Notes under the pieces: generated by a model
What the model was told of the DNA's origin: nothing
The model's input: the letters and a program-made list of their open reading frames with translations, nothing else
The model's database searches: none
Assembly (NCBI RefSeq): GCF_006345805.1
Contig: NC_043017.1
Coordinates: forward strand, 10,478,001 to 10,542,000
Length of the DNA: 64,000 nt
Source: Octopus sinensis
Taxonomy: Eukaryota
Direction: 5' to 3'
Made by a program: the position numbers and the translations under genes
Shown here: positions 48,489 through 61,911 of the stretch, one piece after another
Layout of the letters: each line of letters opens with the position of its first letter
Numbering within the stretch: the first letter of the stretch is position 1

Positions 48489-48623
48489 AGGGGACTCTGC
48501 TGAATGCACCGAAAAACCGAGTGGAGTTGGTGGTGGTGGTGGTGGCATTTATCCAGCTAACGAATTGGAAGAACCGGTGTAGCTGATTGTATGTTCACTT
48601 TGCTTGAGACCCACTTCCACCTG
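48489..48623. other. Possible terminal coding exon next to the gap (strand ambiguous)
   Basis: Plus strand: GDSAECTEKPSGVGGGGGGIYPANELEEPV* (stop at 48580-82). Minus strand: acceptor TTGTTAGATGTTTACAG| at 48621, then VEVGLKQSEHTISYTGSSNSLAG* (48620-48549). Confidence 0.25.
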
Positions 48624-48663
48624 TAAACATCTAACAAGCACTACATAAGGGGCAGTACTTTAA

Positions 48664-48870
48664 CCCTTTTGTTACCATATTTCTGTTGAAAGACACTGGC
48701 TTTGTTTCAACTGATTTTGAAAATTATGAAGAATTTAGGAAAATAATCTGGTGTTTAGAGCATAAATTAACATGAAAGTTTGACAGTAGGTTTCACTTTA
48801 GATTACTTTAAAACAAGAAGTTTGTGCCAGAGAACCGCAGGTAGTCTTAGGCAGTTTGATATCAAAAGGG
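48664..48870. mobile_element. piggyBac-type MITE, second family
   Basis: TTAA|CCCTTTTG...CAAAAGGG|TTGA (right TSD mutated). Confidence 0.75.
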
Positions 48871-49190
48871 TTGAAGAAATTGCACATTGATTCAAAGCAA
48901 TATTTTAGATCTGACAACAACAACTTCTTTTTGCAGTGGCTCATTTTTTTTTTTTTTTTCTCTTTACATCTATTCATGGCTTCACGTAGATATCATTTCA
49001 CATCTTAAACTTCAAAATATCCCCATGTGTCCACTCTGACCGAAACAAGACTTCTCTGAAAGCCATCAATGGCTTACTACCTCACAAACACTTCGACCCT
49101 TTTGCGACCCCTGTGTGCTGAGTAGCGCTACCCTTGTTTCGGCCAATATTGAAAATAATGAGTAATTTAGTAAAATATCTTGGTCATTAA

Positions 49191-49409
49191 CCCTTTAGTG
49201 TTTAAATCAACCATATCTGGCCCATATATTCTACATGTTTTACATTCAAACGGGCGATATCCAGCCTCTCACACCTAACCTACATTGATATTCTAAAAAC
49301 AAACAATCACATCATTGAAACCTCAAAGCTATAAGATAATGTATGATTAATTCAAAACATTTGAGTGGAAAAGTATTACATTTAACAGAGTAATCTGAAC
49401 ACTAAAGGG
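49191..49409. mobile_element. piggyBac-type MITE (TTAA TSD)
   Basis: Colinear with 5023-5242. Confidence 0.88.
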
Positions 49410-49450
49410 TTAAATTGGCTTGAAATTTTCATGGAAGTTTTTTAATTTAG

Positions 49451-49542
49451 ATCTAGTTCAGATCAATGTGTATGTTGTGTGTGTGTGTATACATATATGT
49501 ATACACACACACACACACACACAACATTGATCTGAACTAGAT
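49451..49542. repeat. Fold-back palindrome centred on a TA tract
   Basis: ATCTAGTTCAGATCAATGT / ACATTGATCTGAACTAGAT (19 bp perfect), continuing as (TG)n..TATA..(CA)n. Confidence 0.9.
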
Positions 49543-50099
49543 TCTTCAACACTGTTGGATAGAGTGATTAACTCTGAATGAATAAATTCTGTGTGTATCT
49601 GTATATAAATTTAAGTGTATATATTTTTGTATATGTGTGTGTATATAGACAGACACATACTCAGACTCATTCACACACTGCTGTACAGTGGGATTGAACC
49701 GGTATCCCCATTGTTGCGAAGCAGACTTCTCAAACACCGAGCCACGCTTACATCCGCCTGGCTTGGTATTAACAATCAAACATTTATCCATTTTATTTAC
49801 TTATTTATTTTGTTAACAGCTTTGTTTACAACTACAAATACGTGTATGTGTATGTATATGTATGTGTGAGAGAGGGAGAGGAAGAGGAGAAGGTGTGTTG
49901 TTGAGAGTTGTCTTAAGTTGTTGTTAACATGTGCGGCTAGACAGCCTGTGGTGGTGACCAACACCCATCGGTGAGTGAACAGTGGATTCTATAAGTAGAT
50001 TGTGGCAAACTGCGCGGCAGTGATTTTAAATCAGCAGCTAGCGGCACGCATAATCAACTCATTGCACTCACACGCTCTCTCTCTTTCTCTATCTCTCTC

Positions 50100-50104
50100 T
50101 CTCT

Positions 50105-50140
<36 letters not shown>

Positions 50141-50898
50141 GTCTTTCTTGATAACTCATACTTACCATTTAAATACTAGCATTAACGCACACACACAGAC
50201 GCACACACATACACACACACACATATATACATATATATATGTACACCACACAAACACACATCATTCAGACACAAACATTTACATATACACATTATACGCA
50301 TATACACACAGATCATTGAAATGCAAGCACACACACACACACACACACACACAACAAATGCACGCACCATGCAAGCACATCACACACAATTCAAACAAAC
50401 ATTAATATATGCACATACATTTCACACATTCACAAGTGCACACACACACACACACACAAATACACACTCACAAATACATACACACATACTCTCTCACACA
50501 CACACACACACACATGCATTCACAAATACACATACACATGCACACCCCCCTAAATACACACACAGACATGTCTTTCAGATGCAAACATTAACACACATCT
50601 TTCATACAAACACTTGTTCACTTTGTTTACACACACACACATACACACACACTTAAAATATATTCATGCCTCGTTCATATACATATTACACACACACACA
50701 CACAAACACACACTCACACACACACACACACACACACGCACAAACACAAACACACACACACACACTCACTCACACACACACATTCACACACACACACATA
50801 CACAAACACATGCACACACACAGACATACACAAATACACACACACATACACACACACACACACACACGCACACACATACACAAACACACACACACACG

Positions 50899-50930
<32 letters not shown>

Positions 50931-51004
50931 CTCACTCACACACACACATTCACACACACACACATACACAAACACATGCACACACACAGACATACACACA
51001 CACA

Positions 51005-51074
<70 letters not shown>

Positions 51075-51078
51075 CACA
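50100..51078. repeat. ~1-kb compound (CA)n microsatellite
   Basis: Direct inspection. Confidence 0.95.
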
Positions 51079-51635
51079 GTTCATTCACACCCAGTGTTTG
51101 CAACATTCCCTGTGCGGGCGTGTGTGCTTTCGGAGGCGGGGTGGAGCTTCCACAAAACCAGTAACAACAACAACAACAACAAACAGCACCAGCAGCAGCA
51201 GCAACAACAAGCACCACATACCTACATTTTATGTGTGTGTGTGTGTGTGTGTGTGTGTACCACCTTTATACTGCGTACTTGCATGGTGTCTATAAATAAA
51301 TATATTTACTTTGTAAAATGGAAATAAAAGCAGGCAAAAGATGAAAGGGAGGAAAATAATATAAAAAAACACAAAACAAGAACAACATTAATAACAACAA
51401 CAACATTTACTACTGCAGCTTCTATAATAACAACAACAACAACAGATGTAAAGAATAACTATTAGAACAATCATAACAACAATAGACAGGAAAACAACTA
51501 TGGCTACAACAACAACAACAGCAACAATACATGACATACTCATACACCTGGATTGAGTGATGTATTGTGTTCTTGAGCAAAACACTTCATTTTACATTGC
51601 TCAAGTCCAGTCAGTTGGTAAAAATGAGTAATTTA

Positions 51636-51908
51636 GTTAGTTAGTTAGTTTGTTAATTTTTTGGCTCAAAAAGCAAAAAGCAAGGCCATGTAGGGGGACA
51701 TGGAGTTACGTATAGGGTGGTGTTCACATAAAGAGTTCAGGCCACTTGTGGTCAAGGGAGACTTTGAACCGAGCGGTCATTGGCATCTTCACCATCTCGT
51801 CCGGCAGCTTATTCCATGGATCCGCAACCCGGACGGAGAAAGCCCTTCTCCTTCGATTGAGATGAAATCGTCGCAGATAATCCTGTGGCAGACCAGCGTC
51901 CAGGGAGG
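51636..51908 (-). mobile_element. CR1-type LINE 3' end (ORF2 C-terminus plus (AACT)n tail)
   Basis: Minus frame reads YLRRFHLNRRRRAFSVRVADPWNKLPDEMVKMPMTARFKVSLDHKWPELFM*, matching the FS.RV...WN.LP....FK..LD motif of CR1/L2 ORF2 ends. Short UTR, then tandem AACT. Confidence 0.85.
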
Positions 51909-51914
51909 AATATA

Positions 51915-52148
51915 CAGGGTTGGCCAGAAGCCACCCGACAGTAAATCAAAATTCCATAAATACTATCTGTAATTCTGTATTGACTCAAATAGGAAAATGG
52001 GGTCACTCAAGAAGGGCTTCAGTTTGAAGAATTTTCGTGATGTTCCATATTTAGATGCTTTTATTAAACCCATTCAGTTGTTAAACATAAATAAATCTTG
52101 GAATTAAATGGTTTTGATTTACTGTCAGGTAATTTTTGGCCGACCCTG
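51915..52148. mobile_element. Tc1/mariner-type MITE (TA TSD)
   Basis: TA|CAGGGTTGGCCAGAAGCCACCCGACAGTAAATCAAAA ... TTTTGATTTACTGTCAGGTAATTTTTGGCCGACCCTG|TA. Confidence 0.85.
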
Positions 52149-52162
52149 TATATACGCTAGAG

Positions 52163-52334
52163 TAGGGGTCCCAAATCTTTTTAGACCATCGACCCCTTCA
52201 TGGAATCCTTAATTCTTCATTGACCCCCACCCCAGGTATGTACAAGAAAATAAAATAAATAAATAATAATAAAGTAGATGTGCATTTATCGACCCCTTGA
52301 ATAGTCAGTCCATTGACTACTTTGGAGACCCCTA
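52163..52334. mobile_element. hAT-type MITE
   Basis: TAGGGGTCCCAAA / TTTGGAGACCCCTA TIRs; 8-bp TSD CGCTAGAG (52155-62) / CACTAGAG (52335-42). Confidence 0.75.
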
Positions 52335-52972
52335 CACTAGAGGAACCAGGAAACTGGCCCTCTGATCTGTATGGAGTAATAGGGACTGAATTTAAGGCGT
52401 GGAGCAGGTGGAGACAGTTAATGTTTGACGTTTCTTTTTTGCAGTCATTCGTCTGCAGAGGGTGTGGTGTGTAAAGAAGAGAAGAGCTTATACTCCTCTC
52501 CATAGACATTTTTGTAAAATTTTGATTTTGCACATCGAAATTTTACAAAAATGTCTTATGTGCAAAATCGAAATTGAAAAATTTGAAATGAAAAATTCAC
52601 CCCTAAAAGGGGAAAATTCTGCCCAACCGATTAAGCTCAGCAAGAACCCAGTTGTCTTGGCTACAGAAATATGCAAAACTAATTAACATATATAACAAAA
52701 TTTGCGATGAAAATTGGGCAAAAACTCACAGCTTCCGAAGACATGTCCTTCCACTTTGAATCCTTTCTGTTATAGGCACAAGGCCTGAAATTTGGGGGAG
52801 GGGACGAGTCAAATACATTGACCCCTGCCCCCAGTGTTTCACTGGTACTTTATTTATTGACCCCGAAAGGATGAAATCAAAGTTGACCTCATGGAATTTG
52901 AACGCAGAATGTAAAGATGGACAAAAAGCTGCTAAGCGTATTGCACAGCATGCTAACAATTCTGCCAGCAAT

Positions 52973-53002
<30 letters not shown>

Positions 53003-53003
<1 letters not shown>

Positions 53004-53470
53004 GCTCAATACCACAGATTTGCTTGTTAATTGTTTGACCGTAACCAGTTGAGCATGTCCCTTAGTGGCTGATGATATGTGCATCTCTGATCACGAGCAG
53101 AAGTAGTGGGGGAGCATCATAGCCATGTGTTGAGAGGGATTCTTTGGGGTTTGAATAATTCACCTCTGGAAATATGGGTGGTTCTTTCAACATCCTTAAA
53201 CAACCCTTATTCAGGGATCTTTTGAGCGGGATGGGCTACTCAACCTGAAGAAAATTCTAACTGGGCCCCCACCTGCAAGGTCATGTGCTGTTTATCTTGA
53301 TATGAGATCACCATGTCGCGCACATATGGTTGTGATGCATGTGCCTGGTGTACTCTTATCAGACGGGTAGTCATGATGGGTATATTGGGCTTCGTATATT
53401 TTACCCCAGTGTCACTTTGATGGCATACACTGCTCTCTCACTCAATAATAATAATAATAATAATAATGAT
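53003..53470 (+). mobile_element. Repeat family D, apparently full length
   Basis: Ends CTCTCTCACTC(AAT)n and matches 46941-47347 and 405-590. Confidence 0.85.
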
Positions 53471-54649
53471 TTCCTTTATTTGCCTTGAGAATGATAGATG
53501 AGAGGAACAATACAAAGACAGACGTAAAGTGTGGAGATTTATAGAGAACGGAATGATTTAAAAAAAAAAAGCCAGTATAGTTCTAAGATAACAACAAGAA
53601 TTATTGTTTTATGATGAATAACATCAATAACAAAACCACTTTAGTATTCAGAGGAACCACAACTACAAGAATTTTGAAACTACTGTAGTATCATACACTA
53701 TCCCTACCACCACCACCACCACCACCACCACAACTATCACTACCTCTGCGATCACAACAGCTACCACTACCACAACAGCAACAACAACTATCACCACCAC
53801 AACGACCACCATCGCCATCTCCACCACCACAATAACAACATAAACTATATGATCAACAATCACTTTGATGGTGATAACAAATTCACTGAAAGCCACAAAA
53901 TAACAATACCACCACCACCACCATCAACACCCCCAGCATCCAATGTCATTAGGGCATCAGATTAATCACTTTGTGGCATTCGTTCCAACTCTCTATGTTC
54001 TGAGTTCAAATCCAGTCAAGGCCAACTTAACCTTTCGTTCTTTCAGAGGTCAGTAAACATATTATTAGTCGGGTGGGGGAGAAGGGGATCGGTGCTTCTC
54101 TTTGCACCCCCCACCCCCGACTCTTTGTTTCTTTTTCTCTGTCTGTCTGTCTGTCTGCTACTCTTCCTGGAATAAATCAACTATGGCCGTTGCCAGCCTC
54201 GCCTGACCCCTGTGCCAGTGGCACGTAAAAAACACCATCCGATCGTGGCCGTTTGCCAGCCTCGTCTGGCTCCTGTGCCGGTGGCACGTAAAAAACACAC
54301 CTACTACACTCATGGAGTGGTTGGCATTAGGAAGGGCATCCAGCCGTAGAAACATTGTCAGATCAGACTGGGCCTGGTGCAGCCTTCTGGCTTCCCAGAC
54401 CCCAGTTGCACCGTCCAACCCATGCCAGCATGGAAAGCGGACGCTAAACGATGATGATGATGGTGATGGCCCAGCCTAGTGAGGAACTGACCCTACCAAA
54501 TCTCAAAACACCCAAGACATGCACTGTATCATCACAATGGCACCCCTATGATTCCATCTGGTATTGAGAGCCCATGGGCCTCAACACCGGACAGTGGTCT
54601 CTCTGCCAAGCCAAGATAGGAACCACCGTCAGTTCCTCATGCACACCTG

Positions 54650-54869
54650 CTGTTGTTACCAGTAGTTCATTGACACCGGTTCTGTTGGTACACTTGCACT
54701 TCACTGGCAGACTGCCTTTATCTGTTCATTCACACTGGACTGTGGGTACACTTACATAATTAACAGTAAATTTTTGTCAGATCGTTAACACTCTGTACAG
54801 TTGGTACACTAACAGCATTGGCAGGCTATCTTCTTTTGTCAGTTCATTGACTCTGAACTGCCGGTGCAG

Positions 54870-54918
<49 letters not shown>

Positions 54919-55604
54919 TTTTCAGGGTGATTAAATAAATACCAGTTACATACTGGGGTCTATGTAATCGACTTAATCCCTTTGTCCTTGTTTGTCGCTT
55001 CTATGTTTAGCCCCCTCTGTGGGCAGTAAAGAAATAAATATATACACACACGTTATAATAATGTCTTTACTATCTCAGTTAATTGAATGCTATACTAATT
55101 GTTGAAACCATCACACAGAGTGTATATATATATATATATATATATACTCACACATACCTATGAGGGGTGCTGGACTGTTCCTGGCTTTAAGGCTATCACA
55201 AAAAGCCTGGTGTGAGTGTCCAGCTTTTGCAAAATGACATGCACAATTTGTTAATGGTGATCAAATGTTCATGCTGTCCATTAGCTTTTTCTCTCCATCG
55301 AACATTAATCTATTTCTTTACTACCTACAAGGGGCTAAACACAGAGGGGACAAACAAGGACAGACAAACAGATTAAGTCGATTATATCGACCCCAGTGTG
55401 TAACTGGTACTCATTTAATCGACCCCGAAAGGATGAAAGGCAAAGTCGACCTCTGCGGAATTCGAACTCAGAATGTAACGGCAGACAAAATACCGCTAAG
55501 TATTTCACCCGGCGTGCTAACGATCTTGCCAGCTCACCGCCCATCGAACATTAATCATCATCATCATCATCATTTAATGTCTGTCTTCCATGCATGCATC
55601 AGAC

Positions 55605-55642
<38 letters not shown>

Positions 55643-55900
55643 CAAGCTGCCTTTTACTGTTCATTCAACCAGAACCGTTTGTACACTTATACTCAGAAAT
55701 GGTCTTGCTGTCAGTATACTGCTGGTACACTTACAATGGGCTGTCAGTATGTTGTTACTACACTTACGGTGGGCTGTTAGTATATGCATATGGTGTACTG
55801 TCCATGCATCGGCTGTATTTGCCTGTTTTACACTGCCAGTGTACACACAGTGTACACTGGCAGTGGCCTATCAGTACACTGCTGGTGTATTCGAGTATGA
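54650..55900. repeat. Old GGTACACTTAC-type minisatellite split by later insertions
   Basis: Related units at 54660-54870 and 55640-55890, separated by (TA)n, a SINE-B fragment, a mariner MITE fragment and a TSD-flanked SINE-B. Confidence 0.55.
55311..55540 (-). mobile_element. SINE family B with perfect 16-bp TSD
   Basis: TSD CCATCGAACATTAATC at 55295-55310 and 55541-55556. Confidence 0.92.
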
Positions 55901-55987
55901 CACAGATATAAAGCAGAGACTGGTTTCTGAATTTTCATTTCTTAAATTCATGGAATGTATAACCCTCTCCCACTCCGTTTTCTTACG

Positions 55988-56020
<33 letters not shown>

Positions 56021-56168
56021 ACTTTCACACAGACATTACTGTGACTATTTCAAGAGTTCTCACATCTTCCGTTATTTTTGCTTTCTTTCACAATGTGTAA
56101 TGTGTGTGTGTATGTGTGTGTGTATACACACACATACACATGTATACATACATACCTCTGCACACGTA

Positions 56169-56201
<33 letters not shown>

Positions 56202-56232
56202 GTATATGTATCAACACGTACATACATACTTT

Positions 56233-56273
<41 letters not shown>

Positions 56274-58185
56274 TATGTATGTCTTGTACACACATATTTA
56301 TATGTGCGTGTGTCTCTCTGTATCTATGTCGCCTTAACAATGGACCTGAGAACATTTATAAATAGGTAATTAAAAGAAATCTAAAGTAGGCTCCACCTAT
56401 ACACACACACACACATGTATGTATAATATGCATTTGTATACAGTGGGTGCTGCTTATTATAATCACAAATAATGTTATCAACCGGTTATTATTGTCATCA
56501 AAATTAGAAGTTTTGAAACAAGACTTTATTTAAAATGTATGCAAAATTATCCTCTTTTTAGAATCAGAGATCCAGATATTGTTATCGTGATTATATTTCC
56601 ATGGGGAGCCTTTTACATCATTGCTGTTGCCGTATTGGGATAAAAATCATAAAATTGTGTTACGTGAGGAAATCAAAACAATTCGAGAAAAGAACGGAGA
56701 AAAGGAAAATAGGGAGAGAGAGAAGTAAAAAAAAAAAAAAACAAAAAAAAATAGAATATTGATTTCAAATTTTAGGTATTTATTTTGTGGGATTTGAACT
56801 CAGAATGTGAAGACAGCTGAAGTTGTGTTAAAATATTGGCAGAAGTAGTTAGCTCCATGATAGGTTGGATGGAAATGTGTGTAGCGCCGGACGTGTGTGT
56901 GTTGTGGCTATAGGAGCTCTGTGGATTTGGGTTCAGTCCCACTGTGTGGCACCTTGGGCAAGTGTCTTCTATTATAGCCCTGTGAGTGGATTTGGTAGAT
57001 GGAAACTGAAATTTACATACATTTGTGTACATGTGTGTGTGTGTAAAGAGATGGAGGAATCTTTCATAAAACTATTAAACCGTATCAAATAGACTGTTTA
57101 GTGAAGTTTACACCTGGAAAGACAATATAACACTCGTTAAGAGAATGATACACCTGATTAGAATTGAATATGGAGATGGGGAGATTATAAAGACATGAAA
57201 ATTTCAATTATATACACACACACATGCACGTGTGTGCACTCTCACGTGTGTGTGTGTATATATGTACACATATATATGCACATACAATCATATACATAGA
57301 AATAGATACACACACACACACATGTATGTATATGTGTGTATATACGGCGAATACAAAGATATAAGGAAGTAATCTGGTGTCTACATTCCAAACCAGCCAG
57401 ATAAGACAATTTTATTAAATTTCTGTTTATGCAAACAAATATTAAAATATATGTGGTGACGGAAAGGAAACTGCATAAAAGCTACGCTAGGTGGCGGGGG
57501 TGGGGTGGGGGGTGCGAGATGGGGGTGGATCAATGAATTACCTAATACATGCGTGCTTGTGTATGTGTATGTGTATATATTTATGGAGGTGTATGCAAGT
57601 GTGTGTGTGTGTGTGTATATATATTCATGAAAGCATGCATGTGTATATATTTGTGTGTGTGTGTGTGTGTAATATATTCACACATCCATATACATAGTCA
57701 CACACACATACACTTGCATAGATAAATATTAGTCCCTTATATCAATATCTGGGATTTAACAAAACAAACCTGAATACCAGAATGTTTGTGGTTATATTTG
57801 AGCAAATAATGAAGCACCTGCTACCACAAAACGTGTGTGTGTGTGTGTGTCTCATTCACACACATAATCTGTCATACTTATACTCACACATAAACATATT
57901 TAGGTGTCCACACACACACACACACAGATAGAGTCATTGTCATTTATGTTTGTTTTTGATGGTGTGGGTTGGCTAGGTCATCTCTGCACAAATCGAGTAT
58001 TTATTCAAAGTTATTTCCTTCTTGACCGGATCCGTTGAATGTGTGTGTTTCACTCGTGTGTTCTGGTTGTGACATGGCTTTTGAAGACGGATGGTTCTTC
58101 CTGGCGCCAACCATTTTGCAAAGATGTTCTGGGTGTATTCCAGCACCATTGGAGAGGTTGTCACATACATGGATGTGTGTGTGTC

Positions 58186-58224
<39 letters not shown>

Positions 58225-58329
58225 CACGTGACCGACCAGACCGTCAGATGTTGTTACACATCGCTGGTCATAATGCATTCGCATTGTTTTAGCCCTCGAA
58301 TGACACCACCCCGCTGGCTAAGCGAGCAG

Positions 58330-58384
<55 letters not shown>

Positions 58385-58828
58385 CATCGTCATTATCATC
58401 ATCATCGTTTAACGTCCGTTTTCCATGCTGGCATCGGTCAGACGGTTTGACAAGGATGCAAAGAGTCAGATTCACATTGTACTGCAGTCATGTGCTTTGG
58501 CTGGTTTCTACCGCTGGATGCTGCCCTTCCTAATGCCAACCCATTTGCAGTGGGGACTGGGAACCATTTTTTTTTGTGCCACTGTCACTATTGAACTCAA
58601 CATTAAGCTCACAAGTCAGCAAACCCAGGGAAGGAAGGAAGCTGTTGCCTTTGTATGTTGGAGGGGATTAAGGTATGCAAGAGGAGGCTGGATTAGAGCA
58701 GGTTCTTGTTGTAGAGAAACTACATGGCTTCTCACAATATATATATATATATATATCATCATCATCATCGTTTAACGTCCGTTCTCCATGCTAGCATGGG
58801 TTGGACATATATATATGTATGTATGTGT

Positions 58829-59140
58829 GGAGGCACAATGGCCCAGTGGTTAGGGCACCGGACTTGCAGTAGTAGGATCGCGGTTTCGATTCCCAGACCG
58901 GGTGTTGTGAGTGTTTATTGAGCGAAAACACCTAAAGCTCCACGATGCTCCGGCAGGGGGTGGTGGTGATCCCTGCTGTACTCTTTCGCCACAACTTTCT
59001 CTCACTCTTTCTTCTGTTGGCCTGCTCGCTTAGCCAGTGAGGTGGCGTCATTTGAAGGCTAAAACAATGTGAAGCGCATTGTGACCAGCGATGTGTAGCA
59101 ACATCTGATAGCCTGGTCGGTCACAGTGATCACGGTGATA
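58829..59140 (+). mobile_element. SINE family J, full length
   Basis: A-box TGGCCCAGTGG and B-box GGTTTCGATTCCC; tail shared with 35951-36245. Confidence 0.8.
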
Positions 59141-59551
59141 TATGTATGTAGAGAGGGAGAGAGAAAGAGATAGACAAGTGGTTACATGCTCCACTTGTTA
59201 TGATGCTGCTGGCCATCCATACTTGAGACAGGCCACCAGCTGGTAGTAATGGAAAGCTTCCATATCTAGCTTATGTGATTGACATGTCTCTAAGGTATAC
59301 TGAGGTTAATCCAAGTTATTATTATTATCGTCATCGTCATCATCATAATCATTGTCATTAATGTTAAATAAATAGCTTAGATTAACTTCTAACTCTTAGC
59401 CTAATATCTCCTCTGACTTGTTAACCATCATCATCATCATCATCATCATCATATCTCTCACTATCACTACCATTACATCCACCACAAGCATCATCATCAT
59501 CATTACTATCATCACCACCATCACCTCCACATAAGTGTTCTCAACACCAAA

Positions 59552-59589
<38 letters not shown>

Positions 59590-59634
59590 GTTTCATCACT
59601 ATGGACAGCATCATGACCAGATACCACAAATATG

Positions 59635-59672
<38 letters not shown>

Positions 59673-61489
59673 GCAACAACAATACCACCACTACCACAAA
59701 ATCTATTACTACTACTTCTACTACAACCACTGCTGCTACCACAACCAACACAACAACCACCACTACCACTACTACCACCACCACAACAGCAACAACATTG
59801 TATTTACCATTAGCTTTGTTGGACCTGTTGCCCCACCAACACCACTGCCTTCTCTACGAACACTTACCATTACCATTACTACAACCACCAATACCTATTT
59901 CTTTATTACCCACAAGGGGCTAAACATGGAAGGGACAAACAAGGACAGACATAGGTATTAAGTCGATTACATCGACCCCAGTGCGTAACTGGTACTAATT
60001 TGATCGACCCCGAAAGGATGAAAGGCAAAATCGACCTCGGCAGAATTTGAACTCACAACGTTGCCACACATTGTTAACTTCTTCCAGCAGCATCACCAGT
60101 CACAGCAGAGTTCTCAGCACTGCTATACTACTACCGCAGTCACTACCACCACCTATACTACTGTTCACATTTGCCACCATCATGATGATGATGACCACCA
60201 CCAACTTCAAAAATGACTCCAACTTTACCTCCACTACCACTGCCAACATCATCACCAACACCATTGCGGTTGTCAGGACCAACACCACCTTCACCATCTC
60301 CACCACCAATGCCATTACAGCTGTCACCACCACCACCACCACCACCACCATCGCCTAAACCACAACTGCCAACACCACCACCACCATCAAAGTCAGCCGA
60401 GTTTAAAGGTTTTGGTAGATCAAATCCTTTTCTCATGCCAGCAGACTGTGGAAGTAAATTAAAGAGAGCAGGCTTAGGGTGAGGGCTTCACTGGTTTCCT
60501 GGAATTTGAACTCCTCACACCTTCTTTCCTCCATTTTGAATGGTGTGTGAGGGGGAGGGGGAGTTATTATTGGCACTGCCACTTCTCAGTCTCTCTCTCT
60601 CTCTCACACACACACAGAATGCACGCACACACATAGATGCCTACACACACACACATACAGAGGTACATGCACACACATGACGTAAATCTGAAGAAATGTG
60701 GAATCCTGTATGTGATTGTTGGAACTACTATTATTGGTTTCAAATTTTGGCACAAGGCCAGCAATTTCAGGGGAGGGGGGGAGTCAATTGCATCAACCCC
60801 AGTGTACAACCGGTATTTATTTTATCGACCCTGAAAGGATGAAAAATGAAAAGCTAAGTCAACCTCGGTGGAATTTGAACTCAGAACGTGAGACTGAATG
60901 AAATGCCGCAAAGAGAAAATGGTATATGTAAAAAATTAAAAAAAAAAGAATTAAAAAAGAACAGGATGGCCATGGCTGGAATCCTTGTGATCATTAGGTT
61001 TGTTCAGTGAGGGTTGACAAGAGGTTAAACAACAACATAATATGTTTGTGTTATTAGTCCCCCCTCCACCATTCTTCTCCCATCACAACCACCACCATCA
61101 TTATCGTTGTCATTGTTGTCATCACCATTGTCATCATTATCATTCTCGTTATCATTGCCATAAAGGGCGTCATCATCATCACTGCCATCATCATCATCAT
61201 AGGTTCTTTCCTCACGAGTATGGGTTGGAAAGGTCCAGTGCTCTCTGAGCCATTTGTGTGTCATTCATTTGATCCCTTTTCAGCATAGCTTCCACAGCTG
61301 GAGGGCCTTCCTAATAATGACCACTTCACAGAATCTCCAGGGGTGCATTTTATTTTGGTGCCAACACCAGAGAGGCTCTCAAAGACTACATTATCCAGTA
61401 TAGTCTTTAAGATGGCTCTGTGTGATGTGAGCAAGGTTTGGCTGCTGTTTCTAGTGGGTCAAGATACTACGTAGAAACTTGTTGCTTTG

Positions 61490-61715
61490 TTTTTATTGCA
61501 TGGTCAGTATGACATTCAGGAAACTGATGTCTGGTTTGTGGTCAGTGGATTATGTCCAGTTAGCTGCAATCAGTGGATCATATCTAATGAGCTGTGTGAT
61601 CAGTGTATGGAGTCCAGCAGTTATGTTCAGTAGACTGTGTCCAGTGAGCTGTGGTCAGTAGTTCATGTCCAAAAAGCTGTGGTCACTCAGCTGGTCAATA
61701 GACAGTTCAGTAATG
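61490..61715. repeat. Degenerate ~28-bp minisatellite
   Basis: TGTGGTCAGTGGATTATGTCCAGTTAGC-like units, about 6 copies. Confidence 0.65.
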
Positions 61716-61911
61716 ATCAGTTGTGTGAATATCACATTTTTTTTTCCCAGCTTATAGTTTTTGTTTTATTGTGTGTGTGTGTGTGTGTACGCATCAATAA
61801 ATAATAACCAAGCGTATTTTAGTTGTTGCACATACGCAACACATTCAAAATGATAAATATGTTTATAGCATGCATTTTAAACATATACATGCATACATAC
61901 ATACATGCATG

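Noticed and set aside
53068-53260. CTGATGA and CTGAAGA words inside family D
   Set aside because: No correctly placed GAAA, stem III or UH, and no stem I complement.
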